64,000 nucleotides of DNA from Camelus dromedarius (Eukaryota): contig NC_087437.1 of NCBI RefSeq assembly GCF_036321535.1, forward strand, positions 65,908,001-65,972,000. Reading direction: 5' to 3'. The notes beneath the pieces are model-generated. The model had not been told where the DNA came from, searched no databases, and worked only from the letters and a program-made list of their open reading frames with translations. The position numbers were made by a program, and so were the translations under genes. Below, in pieces: positions 38,271 to 51,085 of the stretch (position 1 is its first letter; each line of letters opens with the position of its first letter).

Positions 38271-40665
38271 TTTTTGGAAGAGAAGCTTCAGGTCAGGGAG
38301 AGGTTCACATGAGTTGTCAAGGGGGTCCATTGCCCCAGGTTGTCTCTCTGGAGTTTCAAGCTTGGGGACCTCTACACTCAAGTGTGATGTACCCACAGAG
38401 TGATCCCTGCAACTTCAGGGCAGGTGGTTAGGATTACCAAGTGGGGTCAGTTCCCCTTAGGAGTGAGTTGGTCTTATGGGCTGCCAGTTTTCTGGGTTTT
38501 AGGTTCACCCAGTCTCCTGACAGGAAGGGATGCAGGGCCAGATCAGTGCACTGGTTACCATATTCTGTGACAGCCTTCGTGGTTTCTTCTACCTGGAGGG
38601 CACTTGAGTTGTTCCATTCAAGGGGGCTAAGGTGTCCCTTCTCTTGGGTTTAGGAACGAGTCTACCATACATGAGTTCAAATGCACTTAACTCTAACTTA
38701 TCTCTTGGGGCTAACCACATTTGGAGCAGGGCAATCAGAAGCAACTTAATCCAATTTTCTTGGGTTTCCTGACATAGCTTGGCTAAGGCTTATTTCAAGA
38801 TCTGATTGGATCTTTCTACTTTCCCTGATGATTGGGGTCTCCAGACTGGGTGCAAGGTCTGTTTTATGTCAGGGCACTTGTTCTCCCCTTCATCACTTGA
38901 GACACAAATGCTGGACTAGAATCACTTTGTTAGGAATCCTGGGAGCCCCAAACCAGGGGGTTATTTCTGTTAGTAGCCTTAGCCACTTCAGCTGCCATTT
39001 CAGTTCCAGTGGAGAAAACTTCTCCTCATCCTGCAAAACGTGTCCACTAGCACCAAGAGATACCTGAAGTTATCCGATGCTCCCGGCATGATGATGAGAT
39101 CAGTCTGCCAGTCTTCCCCAGGATATGTTGCTCTGCTCTGAATGGGCCTAATCTGGAGGCCTCTGGAGAGTTTGGTGTTGGGGCTGTTCATTGTGCAGAT
39201 GGGGCATGTCTCAACTATCCCACTGATTGTACTTTTCATGCCAGGAGTTGCCATGACCTCAGCTAACCAATTACATAGTGCTTCCCTCCTGTGGTGAGTC
39301 TCTTGATGAGCCTCCCTGATGGCTTGACAAGGTGCAATTTGGGGAGAGAAGTATTGCCCATGTTCAGTAACTAGCCACCCATGGCCTCTTAGATCTCTAC
39401 TGAAGCCCCATTTTCAGGCTTTGTCTAATTCTTCCTTTGTGTAGATTGGGGAATAGTTGGATGGATCTGCCCTTTGAGATATGAGGGGTAGTTGCCAAGT
39501 TGCTGGTTCCAGGGCCGCCCTTTTGGCAGTTGCGTCCCCCTTGTTGTTTCCTTTTTATTACTTCTGCACCTCCCTTTTTGGTGACCCCTACAATGAATCA
39601 CTGCCATCTTTTTTGGAAGCTGTACAGCTTCTAAGAGCTTCAGTATGCATAAGCCATTGTGTGTGTAGGGTGCCATACTCATACTAGGAATCTGCATAAA
39701 CATTTAAGATCTTCCCTGTCCTGAGGTCTAAGGCTTGGGTGAGGGCTATCAGCTCAGCCTTTGGTGCTGAAGTCCCTGGGGGTACGCTTCATGCCTCTGT
39801 GACTTGGGTCTGAGAGGTCACTGTGTATCCTGAATCCCACTAACCTTTTCCCCTCCCTTATAAAACTGCTTCCATTTGTGAATCATTCCTCTTTGGTGTT
39901 TGGGAGAGGCTCACTTCCTAGGTCGAAGTGACTGGAATAGATCATGTCTATGGTTTCTATACAGTCATGCTCCAAGAGCTCTGTTTCTGAGGGTAGCAGT
40001 GTGGCAGGATTTAGCAAGTGACAGATTTTTATGGTAACCACTGGGTTGTCTAAAAGCATAGCCTGGACTTGAATCGACCTTCCAGGGGAATAGGCATTCA
40101 GTTCCCTTGGAACTTACTAAAGCTGGAACCTGGAGTGGAGTCAATATAGTGACTAGCTGACCAAACGTTAACTTTTCAGCCTCCTTTGGAGGGTTGTGGT
40201 AGCTGCTACTGCTTATAAGCAAGGAAGATGTCCCTTGGTGGTTTGATCTAAATGTTTAGAGAAATAAGCAAGCACTGGAGTAAGAGGTCCCAGTTTCTGA
40301 GCTAATACTCCAAGGGCAATTCCCCTTCTCTCATGAATGGAAAGGTCAGAGGGTTTAGCTAAATCTGGGAGGGCTGGGGCAGGGGCTTGAAGTAATTGCT
40401 TTTTCAGTTCTTGAAACACCCCTTCACATTCTGAATTCCATTCAAAAGGATCATCATCTTTTCCTTTTGACGTTTCATATAGAGGCCTAACTATAAGACC
40501 ATAGTTAGGGATCCAGATATGGCAAATTCCAGCCACGCCTAGGAAGCCCCTAAGTTGTCTTCAAGTTTTAGGGGGAGCAAGGCTGCAAATGGCTTCTTTC
40601 CTTTCCTGGGGTAGGCTTTTCTGGCCTTCTGTGAGAATGAAGCCTAGGTAGGTCACCCTAGTTTG
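38265..40665 (-). pseudogene. pol: pol remnant: RT C-terminal part, tether, RNase H, integrase (frameshifted, stops)
   Basis: VTYLGFILTEG; IWIPNYGLIVRPLYE; LLQAPAPALPDLAKP; LLEAVQLPKKMAVIHCRGHQKG; CPIC...PGEDWQTD...YLLVLVDTF; C-terminal EPLPDLKLLF. Confidence 0.92.
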
Positions 40666-40805
40666 TGACCCATTGATGGGCCAACTTTCCCCAACCCCCA
40701 GCCCATATTGGGGCCAGGCTGTATTACATAGATGATTAAATATTTCTGCAGAATGCACCCTAACAGGCCAGTCTTCTGTATGGTGAATGTTTGGTTCCCC
40801 TACCT
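40666..40805 (-). pseudogene. gag: gag matrix (MA) remnant
   Basis: GNQ...LLGCILQK and LCNTAWPQYGLGVGESWPINGS, matching the HERV-W/ERV9-type MA motif CNTAWPQY.L...E.WP..GS. Confidence 0.8.
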
Positions 40806-41993
40806 TAGATGTTCTGTTTTGGATTTGTTTCCAACTACCAAAGGGGGCATTTGGAGTGATTTGTTGGCATACACATGACCCAAGATTTGACCCAAATAAG
40901 ATTTCTGGTTCAGGAAATTTGGAACCAGTACCAAACTGATAATGGAGTCCTCAAAAGACCAAAATAGGAGGTGTCCGAATGGTGTGGACTCTGATATAAC
41001 TGGGGGGTCTCCCTTAAATTCGTAATGGCCTGTGCTTGAGATAGTTAAGTCCCTTCTCAGTCAGAATGTCCCACAGGAGGTTAGATGGGACAGCCTCCAA
41101 GCCAGAGCAGCTTAGCCAAGTTAGTTCTTGCCCTACTTGGTCCATTAGGAAATGGCACAGCTGTCTGAGGTGGGGGTCTTCTCTTTCCTCCTTTTGGATG
41201 AAAAGGAGGAGTTTTAGGAGTTTTAGGACTTCTTGCTGGGTGAGAGCTAAAAGTAAGAGGGATTCCCACGGGGTACTCACCAGATCTCTAGGGAAGGGAG
41301 CCCAGGGAACCTCAGCCAATAAAGAATCACCCAAGATTTGCTTCACAAGCAAAAGTGGGGCAGAGGTCAGGCTGTGGGTGTTTCCTGGTCTTGCAAGAGA
41401 CTTACAGGGCTCCTCAGCCCATTTCAGAGAAACTAGTGTTGACTGGAAGGGTCAAGTCACCAGTCACATACCTACCTTGGGAACCTTTCTCACTTGGGCA
41501 TTCCTGGTGCCTTTCCCTGAACTCGAATGGAGCAGTCGTCATTCCGTTTTGTCACGTGGTCCTTATTACCTGGGTCTTTTCCTGGCCTGGCCTCTTGGCT
41601 CACAGGCTGGCTACTTTTCTTTACCAAATGAAAGTGGCTATGGAGAATGCTACTGTTGACCTCCAACAAGAAGGGCAAAAAGCCCCGTGTAGCAATGTGC
41701 AGACACGCGTGCATTTCAGTCTCTGATCCCCAGTGATGCCACAGAATGATCCCCTCAAGGGGGCACAGATGACGAGGGGCTACACAGAGCTCACCATTCC
41801 TGGGTATCAGGTTGCTGGGCAGAGGTGCTCTGAATTTGGCCAAAGGCTGCCACTGTTCTGCCCTGCTAGAGTGAACTCAAAGAACAGAGGTGCTCATCCT
41901 CACACAAACCTACCAAAGCCTCCGCCATTCTCCCGTTGGAGCCAGGGTGAGCCTGGAGCCTAGTGGATAGGTGCAGGCAAAAAGGCCGCAGCC

Positions 41994-42011
41994 GTACCAC
42001 CAGGGGTGCCG
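41994..42011 (-). other. ERV primer-binding site, tRNA-Arg(CCT)-like
   Basis: minus strand CGGCACCCCTGGTGGTAC versus recalled Arg-CCT complement TGGCACCCCAGGTGGGAC (15/18), 5 nt from the 5' LTR. Confidence 0.6.
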
Positions 42012-42016
42012 AAATT

Positions 42017-42332
42017 TGTCACGGACCCTTTTGAGTCAGACCCCAGCAAGTGTCCTCCTGCCCGTGTCCCTGGAACCAATAGGCAGCCTGCCACCGCCAT
42101 CTTGAATTATGGCCTTTCCTTACATGGCCCACCAAGTTGAGGTGTCAGCGCAGCCATTTCACACTGGGAACGCTGGTCTGAAATGCTAGGTGTGAGGCCT
42201 CTGAATGCAGCACCTTATGAGCAAGTAAAACTACGGTAAGCACAAAGGAAAAAAAGGTTAGACTTATTTTATCTTATTACTGAGATTTGGTTTTGATTTC
42301 CCAGGAATTGTTAAAGGGCTTTGCTGGTGACA
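42017..42332 (-). mobile_element. ERV 5' LTR, internally deleted (316 bp)
   Basis: shares ccgccatcttgaa, gaggtgtc.gcgcagccattt, agcacaaaggaaaa, ggtgaca with the 3' LTR but lacks its ~37410-37635 segment. Confidence 0.88.
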
Positions 42333-42449
42333 TTTTTACTATTTTAATTCCTTTGCTTTTCCACATAAATTTTAGAACCAGATTGTGAATAACCACAAAA
42401 ATGTCTACCCTCAGTTGATTCTAAACTTACACTATTTACTGTGGCTAGC

Positions 42450-42600
42450 CTATAGATCTCAAACTCCGGTGTGCTTAAGAATTATAAAATGCACATGCCT
42501 GGGCCCAACTCTGAATATTCTCATTCAGCAGTTGTGCCTTTTTTAACACTGTTCCTAAGGTGATCTAACGTAAGTGGTCATGGACCATGATTTGAGACAC
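42450..42600. mobile_element. MER5-like hAT MITE relic
   Basis: tctcaaactc...aaaatgcacatgcctgggccc...ggaccatgatttgagacac. Confidence 0.6.
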
Positions 42601-43155
42601 ATGATCCGAGCTTCCCTGGAACCTAGGAAATGCTCCACAGGCTTCGAAGAATCTTATAAATATTATATCCACAAACTTGGTGAAAGGACAGGACATTGGG
42701 TTCTTAGTTAAACCTAGCATCTGATAACATATATTATACAGTAATATGGCCAATCAATATTGCCCAGTCAGTGCTGGAACACAAACCAGCACCTCATAGA
42801 TTTCTAACTGCCCTGCTTTAGAAGGTGAGAAAAATGATGTGGATTTCCTCACCCAGTGAGTAGCTCCTCTGTGATATTTATCCCATGGACCAAGTCCATT
42901 AACATTTTCTTATACTCAGGGAAGAATTCTTAAACTATTCTCAAACAAGGCAAAATTGGACTGGAGAGACTTACAAGGTATGTGAGAGACATAGGGAGAA
43001 ACATTAATAAAGTGAATAGATTCTCTAAAGAAAAATTAACGATCATAAGTATTAATTTCGTTTTACATTAAAATATGAATTGACCAGCTTGCTCAGAGAA
43101 TTGGACACTCTTGTTCATTTATGTTTCTGGGTAATGGGAGATGAAAGGTGTCAGC

Positions 43156-43517
43156 TGAGGGAGGCTGATGTGGGGTTCTAGGAGGTGAGCGGCCCAAACG
43201 AAAAAATGCACGAGGAGTTGCCATACTGCTGGACAGACTTCAGCCGGAGACACCATGGGGTTAACAACACTTTATTGCCACAGGGAGGTGCCTCTATGAT
43301 GCACTTGTCCTACTTTTATCTGTTTTCTGTCAGCACATGCGCGGTCTGAGTTTCTTTGTTCATCAGGCTTACAGAATATCTCTAGCACATGCGTACTTCT
43401 ATTTTCTTTGTTCTAAACCTTATATAATTGACGCATGCGTGGAGCAATTATTTACTGCATACTACAAACATGCTCTGATCGTGGCCTTGGGTCCCACGGC
43501 CTTAACTCATCTCAACA
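43156..43517 (-). mobile_element. Solo LTR of a different ERV family
   Basis: TG...CA ends, flanks tcagc/ccagc, minus-strand TATA-like GATAAAAG (~43313-43320) then AATAAA (43271-43276), repeated catgcg U3 motifs. Confidence 0.7.
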
Positions 43518-43712
43518 CCAGCTCACAAAAGGTTAACTGGAAAAACCTTCCAGTAGAAAAGTCTTTCTAAAATGAGTTAGTGTTCTTTCCACATTCATGT
43601 ATTACTAAGCATTCACTGCTTTGCTTGTTTCTTAAGGGTAAGGAACAACAATTTACAAAAGACCAAAGTGAATGTGAGAGGCTTCTCACAGGTCCCTTAA
43701 CCGAGAGACTCA

Positions 43713-43755
43713 CTGGCAAACAGGTGGGAAGAGTTCTGGCAAACAGGTGGGAAGA
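43713..43755. repeat. 20-bp exact direct repeat with 3-bp spacer
   Basis: ctggcaaacaggtgggaaga at 43713-43732 and 43736-43755. Confidence 0.9.
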
Positions 43756-44099
43756 AATAAATTATTGTAGAATGTCACTGGGGAAGGGAAATCTTTTCCA
43801 GGTGTTAATTGCTTTACTAATAGGCCAAGGCTGCTTAGAAAGGGAGAGGGGAAAGTAACAACTTAGAGGAAAACCAAACTTCAGATTTAAAAGAGCATTC
43901 TCAGAAGCTGCAAATCCCTAGCCCTTGTGAAGAGGCCTAGCATATAGCAATATTCGTTCCCACTGGGAGAAACAATTTGGAGATCCCACCCAGCACAGGA
44001 CCCTTCTTTGTCTTAAATTGTATGAAGTAACCACCTATTCTTGAGTCTTCCTATAAGCTTTCTTGGGGCACCAGAGGGAGGCTTGATGACTCTTTTACT

Positions 44100-44380
44100 G
44101 GGCAGTGTAGTCTAGGGGTTCCTAGGTGGGCTTGGACCAGACTGTTTTGATCTACACCCTGGCTTCACCACTTGCTGGCTATATGACCTTGGAAAAGTCA
44201 CTGTACTTCTCTTTCTCTGTTTCACTATCTGCAAAACGGTACCTATCCCCCATTACTAGGGGGAAAACACTACCTACCTCATAGAGTTTATTGTTGTAAA
44301 GCAAATGGGTTCATGTATAATTATAAGATGATCAGAATAGTCCCTGGATAGTAATCACTACTTAAGTGTTAGCCACTACT
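44100..44380 (+). mobile_element. MIR SINE relic
   Basis: ctggcttcaccacttgctggctatatgaccttggaaaagtca...tacctacctcatagagtt. Confidence 0.75.
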
Positions 44381-45334
44381 ATGAAGAAAATTATTTTATT
44401 TATGAGGAAGGATTTAAGACGGAGAAAGCATGCTTTCTGAGGAGGAGGTTGTAGGACTTGGAGTGTGGGTGCTGTTTCTCTTTTTGCCTGAATTGCTAGC
44501 CATATCTTTGTTGTGTATATACAAGGTGGTCATTGTCTTAGATGTATTTAGATCTGCAGCTCAGCTGTGCTCTGCAACTCCCTGCCCAGTTATGCTTCTT
44601 CCTTACATTCATGTCACAGGTATCAGATCTACTTCACAGTCTGAAATCTCTCCCTGCCCTAGCCTGCTTCCACTCTCTTATCCTGACTCTTGAACTCTTG
44701 ACTCTATCCCATCATGCTTCCCAGAGGACCCAAACTGACACACAGGGCTCATTGGCCCCCAAGAACACCTCTGAGGACAGAGTCTACTGGGCCTTCCCTC
44801 GAGAGGCAGGCCCTCACATTGAATCCCCTCAGCAAGAGACACTCAGACAGTGGACCTTGAGCTGCTGGTTAGGAAGGGTTACAGGCAGAGGGACTCCAGG
44901 CACCAGCACTATCTTAGCTCTTCCACTTGAAAATTGTGCCTTTGGAGGATTAAGATTACTGGAAATGAAAAATTATCTCGGAAGATGGTGTCAATATTTT
45001 TCTTCTTAACTCTGATTTATAATACCAAGATGACAGATTCCTGGCAAAGCAAGGAATGCACGTTAGAAAGATTAGGAAAATGTTTCAGAGACAAAGCTTA
45101 CTAACCAAAGGGCTCCATATGAAGTTTGAAAAAGGCTCGGAAGAAACTTCCAAATCACGTAAATGGAAGTTAATATGAATGGCAGCGAAAGGAGATTCAC
45201 AGTGGGAGAAAGAGAAGCCCAGTGATTCTAAGAAAATAACAGAGAACCAGACTGGGGATAATATTTAAGCTCAATTGTCCATGTATCAGTGCATAAAATA
45301 ATACAGTATAACTGAAACTTTAAGACAAGCAATT

Positions 45335-45745
45335 TGCCCAGGTTGCATTTCTCAGGAAACAGACCATGAGATGGAGATTAGCTTTCACGAAGTTTACTGG
45401 GGCATGCTCCCAGGATCAATACCTGTGAACTGGAAGGGAAGAAGCAGAACTGAGCAGAGGGAGAAGTGGAGTCTCAGTGCTGTCTCAAAGGAATGTCCCG
45501 GCCAACCATGCTGAGGATGACCCTGCAGAGCTGTGCTGAACTGAAGCAAGAGGGCCCGGCCTTTTATCCCCACATCATTGGATGCAGGCCACCCTGGAAC
45601 GGGCATGTCCTTGGGAGATAAGGCAGCTCTCTTCAGCTGAGACAGTCCCCCGAAGAGACTGATAGGTGAAGACCAGCTTCAGTGTCATTTCTAGTAGCTT
45701 GAGTAATAATTCTTTTATTCCTGAAGGGGAATGGGTGGTACACAG
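45335..45745. mobile_element. ERVL LTR relic (LTR16-like)
   Basis: caggaaacagaccatgagatggagattagc...gtttactggggcatgctcccaggatcaatacctgtg. Confidence 0.6.
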
Positions 45746-46099
45746 ATAAATAATAACTTACTAAGTCTTCCTCAGACTTGGGGAAATGAAACTGGCTTAA
45801 GCAATGAAATGGTATATGTTTTTCAATGTAAACATCTGATAAAAATGGATATATAGTACCACCGTGTGTCAAAACTGCAAAACATGGAATCCACTAGTAC
45901 AGCATATGGCATACGGAGAGGATTAAATAAGAGGGAGAGAGTACTGTTATCTGTGGGAGAATGCTAAGAATGCCAGGCTAAATGGGAGAGCTGTAGGATG
46001 CTTTCCTAAATCAAATGGTAAAAATGTCACAGAGGCAAGATGTAACATTGATGTGTTACTTCAACTACTTAGCCATCTGTTCAAAATCTCTACAACAGT

Positions 46100-48700
46100 C
46101 TTAGAATTTAATACATTCTTGACTTGCCTCCCTGATCATTTCATCTTTCAAAACATACAAGGAGGGATAAAGGGAACTGCTATACTAGACTCACTCTGAC
46201 CAGCAAGGAGGGATTCGTTGGTGATGTTTATATGATAGAAATCTTTCAGCAAACATGTGAAATAAAACACAGTCCTTGTCTTCCTGGAGAAGAAAGGAAT
46301 CAATCATGTCATTCTAGAATGTGTAATAGAAAAAAAAACCTTTTGTCATAATAGATATGCAATTGAGGTTTTAAGAAAGCAAACTTCAGCAAGTTCACAG
46401 AAATATAAATATACCAAAAGGCCAGAGGCAATAAAAAGGTATACACTTTTTTATTATGAAACTCAGAAAAAAATAGCTTTGAACTATAATAATTGCCTGC
46501 AGAAGCCAATGTGACCCAACATGGAGTTCTCTGGTGAGTCTATATGTTGAAATGATACATACAAAAAAATGAGAGAAAGGTCACAAACCAAGATGAATAA
46601 GAAAGTTACAAAAATTCTGTAAGGAAGTGACAGAAGGCAAAAATCCAGAGTTAGCTGAGGAGTGCTAAATGGTGAGGACCACAGAAAGGGCTTTAAAAAC
46701 ACGCATGCAGTTAGAAGCAAGATGAAGAGATGGATATGCTGACTTAGAGAAGATTCTGTTAAATGATAACAGAGAAAAGGCAGAGCTACTCAATTGCTCC
46801 TTTCTTATCCAATAAGGAACATGATCTTCAAACTGAGAAAGGTATAGCAGATATCACAGAGAATAAATTGAAGCCCAGTCTAAATGAGGAGAGAGTCAGA
46901 GAGATCTGGTACACAGGCTTTGCAGTCTGAACAAAAGACTGTAGGTCTCAGACCTAGTGCCTCTCGTCTCGGGGAAATAGAAAATAGGACAGGTGCCAGA
47001 AACCTAAGCCAGGCAAAAATACAGATCTTCTAAAAGGAGAAAAAAAAATGGATTATGGAATCTATAGCATGAGTGAGCTTAGCATTGCTTTCTGCAGTAT
47101 TCTAGAATGCATATTACATAAACATTTGTGAGCTAACCAGTAAGACAGACTGAGCTAATCTCATATTATTTTCTGGTAGGGCTAAAAGATAGATAGAATG
47201 TAAGAATACCAGGCACAATTAATCTTTTTTTTTTCAGCACGATATTTTGCAAAGATGCTCATAATATTCATTTGAATAAGATAGAGGGATGTTGCCCAGT
47301 TGGTACTCTGGTTAGAGGGATCCACTGCTGACCAGACAGTTGCATTCGCAACTGTTAGTGGATCCGTACCCATTGCAGAGGAAGGGCTCTAAGGCTGTAA
47401 CATGTAGCTCTGTTCATGTTCTTGTCATATTCAACACTTTTTTTTGAGGTGCATATGAAGACACTGTAAGACAGAATAGAGAGAATATTATGAAAAGAAT
47501 AAGAATAAGCAAATAATAAAAAAGATGTTCAAACTCATTAGTAATTGGAGCAATTCAGATAAGTAAAACCTAAAACAATTAGTACTAATCAGTATTTTTG
47601 GAAGTGTGGGGAAATGCTCCCCTTGTACACATTGGCAGGGATATATACACTGGTAGGCCTTTTTGCAAATTTTGGCATTTGTTGTCAAGAATTTAGAAGC
47701 ATACACCTTTTCAGTTCCACTTCCAGGCGTCTAGCCTAGAGAGATTCCCACACATGTACCCAAAGAGTCACGTACAAGATACTTATTAAAGTAATTTTTT
47801 TAGTAACAAAACTGAAAAATAATGTCTGTCGCAGCGGGAAAGTTAAATAAGGTACACTTGTCCCTACAATGGAACATTGTGCATCAGATAAAAAGATGAG
47901 TAGTATATGCAAATGCTGGCATAGAAAGGGCTCTAAAATATATTATAAAGTGAAAAGGGCAAATGTCAGAGAAACAAGTACAAAATGATACCCCCCAAAT
48001 AAACTATTTCCAGGAGTAAAGAAGTACATGGGGAAAAGTCTTGAAGAAAACATCCCAAGCCAAAATGGGTGAATACCTCTGGCGAGGGACATGGGGTTAG
48101 AGGAAGAAGGGCCAAGGGGGATGTTGACTTAGTCTAAGATGTTTGGTTTTGTGCAATGTTAATGTTACTTAATGTGCTGCCTGTAAAATTAAACAATAAA
48201 TGAAAAACGACTCCTTTTAAAAATATATTCTAAAGATAGAAAAGGCAGCAAGACATGTATCCTTGTCATAGCTCTGCAGTTGCTAGTAAGTCACCTTGCT
48301 GCTCTGAGCTTCAGTGGCCCCTGTAAGAAAGGGAGTGAGCACTGCACTGAGACGTTGATGATAAAGTGAGATATAAACAACAAGTTTTCACAAACTGCAC
48401 AGTGCACTGATATTTCTGATAATTAAGATATATCCAAGTTGAAGTTTCAGGTGCAGGGTTGGGAAGGAAAACTAAAATATTAACTGATTGAAATAGGATC
48501 TAAATTATTTTAATAAACTGGAACAATGGGCCTCAAACAACCAGAATAATGGAATAGGGATGACTATAAATTTTTATTTTTAAGTTCAAAACATGAATTG
48601 CAGACATACAGGGTAAGAAACCTGGTGTTAGAATCATTATTGTGGAACCATTGTAGAAGCAGTTGTATGATGTAGATGCTAAAAATAATTTTAAGTCATA
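46100..48700 (+). mobile_element. Fragmented CR1/L3 LINE relic interrupted by an old L1 3' piece (~47490-48205)
   Basis: ctatactagactcactctgaccagcaaggag; gaaagcaaacttcagcaagttc; ggcagagctactcaa; aataaactggaacaatggg resemble L3 ORF2. Confidence 0.5.
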
Positions 48701-49904
48701 TTAGGAGAAGCCTGGGGAAGAGAGATGTGGTCACAGTTGCCACCTAGGTCATCCACCAAGATTGACTGGTCTAAGCTTGATGACCAATTAGAAACACTGA
48801 AATAGGTATCATACGGGAACATACTAGATTTCTCTGAACTTCTCTCCATCAAATGCCATACCATTTAGCATTCAGTATGATTTCAATAATTTTCACTGTT
48901 GTTTCCATTATATTGTAAGCTCTTTAAGGGTAAACTCCATAGATTTTCCATTCCCCACAAAACTTGGAGGAAAGTTGAGCATATAAAAGACATCTAGTAA
49001 ATATTGAACATGATAAAAATTTTTTAAAGACTGAGGATAGTGCAGTTCGTGCATCCATCATTCTGAAGATCACACACGTGGTTCTAAGAGTGGACGCAGG
49101 GGAGTGCCTGAACTTACACTGCCAGTTGATTCTTTTGTTACCTTCATGTGACCTTGTTTTCTTGGGATGTTCTGTTTTTTTAAGCAGAGTATAGTGGAAA
49201 TTTTGGTGGCTTCATTACTGTATCTTATTACTAAAGGTTTTATGTGCAGAGGATTTTATGTTACAGGTGACAGAAATGGCTAAGACATCTGTTAGAATGT
49301 GGGAGCAAGTTAGCCATCAACCAGAAACAACCGGGGAAAACAGCTATTTAAGCAAGGAAGCCCTTTGTAGAGTTTTATGAGAATTCAGACATGTACAGTT
49401 TTTCTCTCTATTAAAAAAAAATCCACTCAGGGTACTAATTTTAGCTTTCTCAGGGTTGTGATACTCTTGAAGGAGGAAATATGTCCACTGGAATATGTGT
49501 AAAGGTGGGAGCAGTATTTATCACTTTGTGTTGTTTCAGTGAATCCTTCTGTCCTAACATCTATCTGCAGTTTGCCTCAGAATAAGCTGATGCACTTTTT
49601 AAAAAGATATATATGACCTGGTCTCCCTCCTCCTGGTCTGAAATGGAGCCCCAAATTCATGATTTCTAGTGTTTTTATGATGCATGGCCAGGAGTGAAAA
49701 AAAACTTGGCTATAGCTATAGAAAATAAATTTTGAAAATCTTAGTGATATGTTTCTCCTACTGTCGTGTTTTAAAATATTGTCTTTATCTAATTCAATTA
49801 ATCAGTGATTTGGGTTTGAGAAAAAAAACAAAAGGAAACAAACACTCAGTAATTTTATTGGTGAGATGAGAAAATAAGGTGAGGCCTGTGTCGCAGTGGG
49901 GATG

Positions 49905-50386
49905 GATGCATTTGTTATTTGGGATCCTGGCAGGGAACTGATAGAACATGCAAATAGGATAATTGGGGAGAGTTTGAAGAAGGTATTTACAAGATGTGGA
50001 AAGGGGTAAGGGAAGTCACAAGGGATGGGTAAGTGCCCCAGCCAGCAGTGATGGGAGCCACTGGGCCTGGAGGGGCAGGAGAAAGGAGTGGTGGCCAGAA
50101 CTCCAGTTGTAGGAGAGAGTCACCCAACAGGGACCTTCAGGAGTGAAACAGGGGCCTTCTGGCCACAACCCAGCCAGAAGAGAACTGGCGTACGAAATGC
50201 CCAAACCTTGCCCTTCTGCTACTGTCCCATCTTCTGCCAACTCCTCTCACTAGCCAAACCCAACTGGAGACAGAGGGCAAGGAAGCTGGTTGACACAGTC
50301 CATATAAGTCAGCCTCCAGCGGCATAGTGCAGGGTAGAGAAGTATGGAAAGTGGATTTAGAGGGGTAAATGGAGAATAACTAGCAC
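49905..50386. mobile_element. Ancient ERVL-type LTR relic
   Basis: tggcagggaactgatag...tagccaaacccaactggagacagagggcaaggaagc...gtggatttagaggggtaaatggagaataactagcaca. Confidence 0.6.
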
Positions 50387-50519
50387 AATGGATGGTCCCC
50401 ATGCATCTCCGTGGGCACTTCAGCTTCTTTGTTTGCCAATTTTAATTTATTAAATGTAGAAAACATTGGCAACCTTTCTAGTTGCTTGGTACCTGAACAC
50501 TGTTGCTATATTTGGGGAA

Positions 50520-51085
50520 GTTTCCACATTCAAAGCCCTGGATCTCCAAGATAGAAAACAGAAAACTTGCATCCCCAGCCCCTCACTTACAGCTAGCAGG
50601 TAAGAGCCAGAATACATCAGGTATACATTTCCAAAGCACAGCAGATGCCTGCTTGAAGAAAGAAGCTTTGCACAGAATCCATTTTGCTGCTAAAGACTGG
50701 TGAGCTGGGTGATTGGCTGTCAGGATCAGGAGGGTTGTAACTGAGCTCCCGTGACTGGATCAGTACCAACACACCGCACAATTCCAGCAGGTGTCATTCA
50801 CAGCGGGTGTGTTCTGGACACAGACAGCTTTGGTGCTGGTGGCAACTGTAGTTTCAGTAGAGCCAAGTTCCTGTAAGCATCTAGTCCGCTATGGCATCCA
50901 GGGCTTGGTATTTGCAACTGTAGTGGTTTTCTCAGCCGACTCATCCTAAAATTTGGGGCATTGTTTCTGAAAGCTTATCCTCAGGCCTGATTCTAGCCTT
51001 CCCGACACTTTAGTGAGCTACACAAACTCTTGTAAATTACTTTTCTGCTTAATCAACCAGAGTCAGGTTCTGACGCTTATAACTG
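50520..51085 (+). mobile_element. MaLR/ERVL LTR relic
   Basis: 3' end gtaaattacttttctgcttaatcaaccagagtcaggttctgacgcttataact. Confidence 0.5.

Larger units (their letters stand above)
37349..42332 (-). mobile_element. Internally deleted class I (gamma-like, HERV-W/ERV9-related) endogenous retrovirus
   Basis: two related LTRs with TG...CA ends, apparent 4-bp TSD tttt, PBS, PPT, gag/pol/env remnants in the correct order on the minus strand. Confidence 0.93.

Noticed and set aside
41066..41659. Longest ORF in the window (197 aa, plus strand)
   Set aside because: Antisense to the ERV leader, no recognisable protein motif; likely a chance ORF
44542..45009. 155-aa ORF
   Set aside because: No recognisable similarity or exon context
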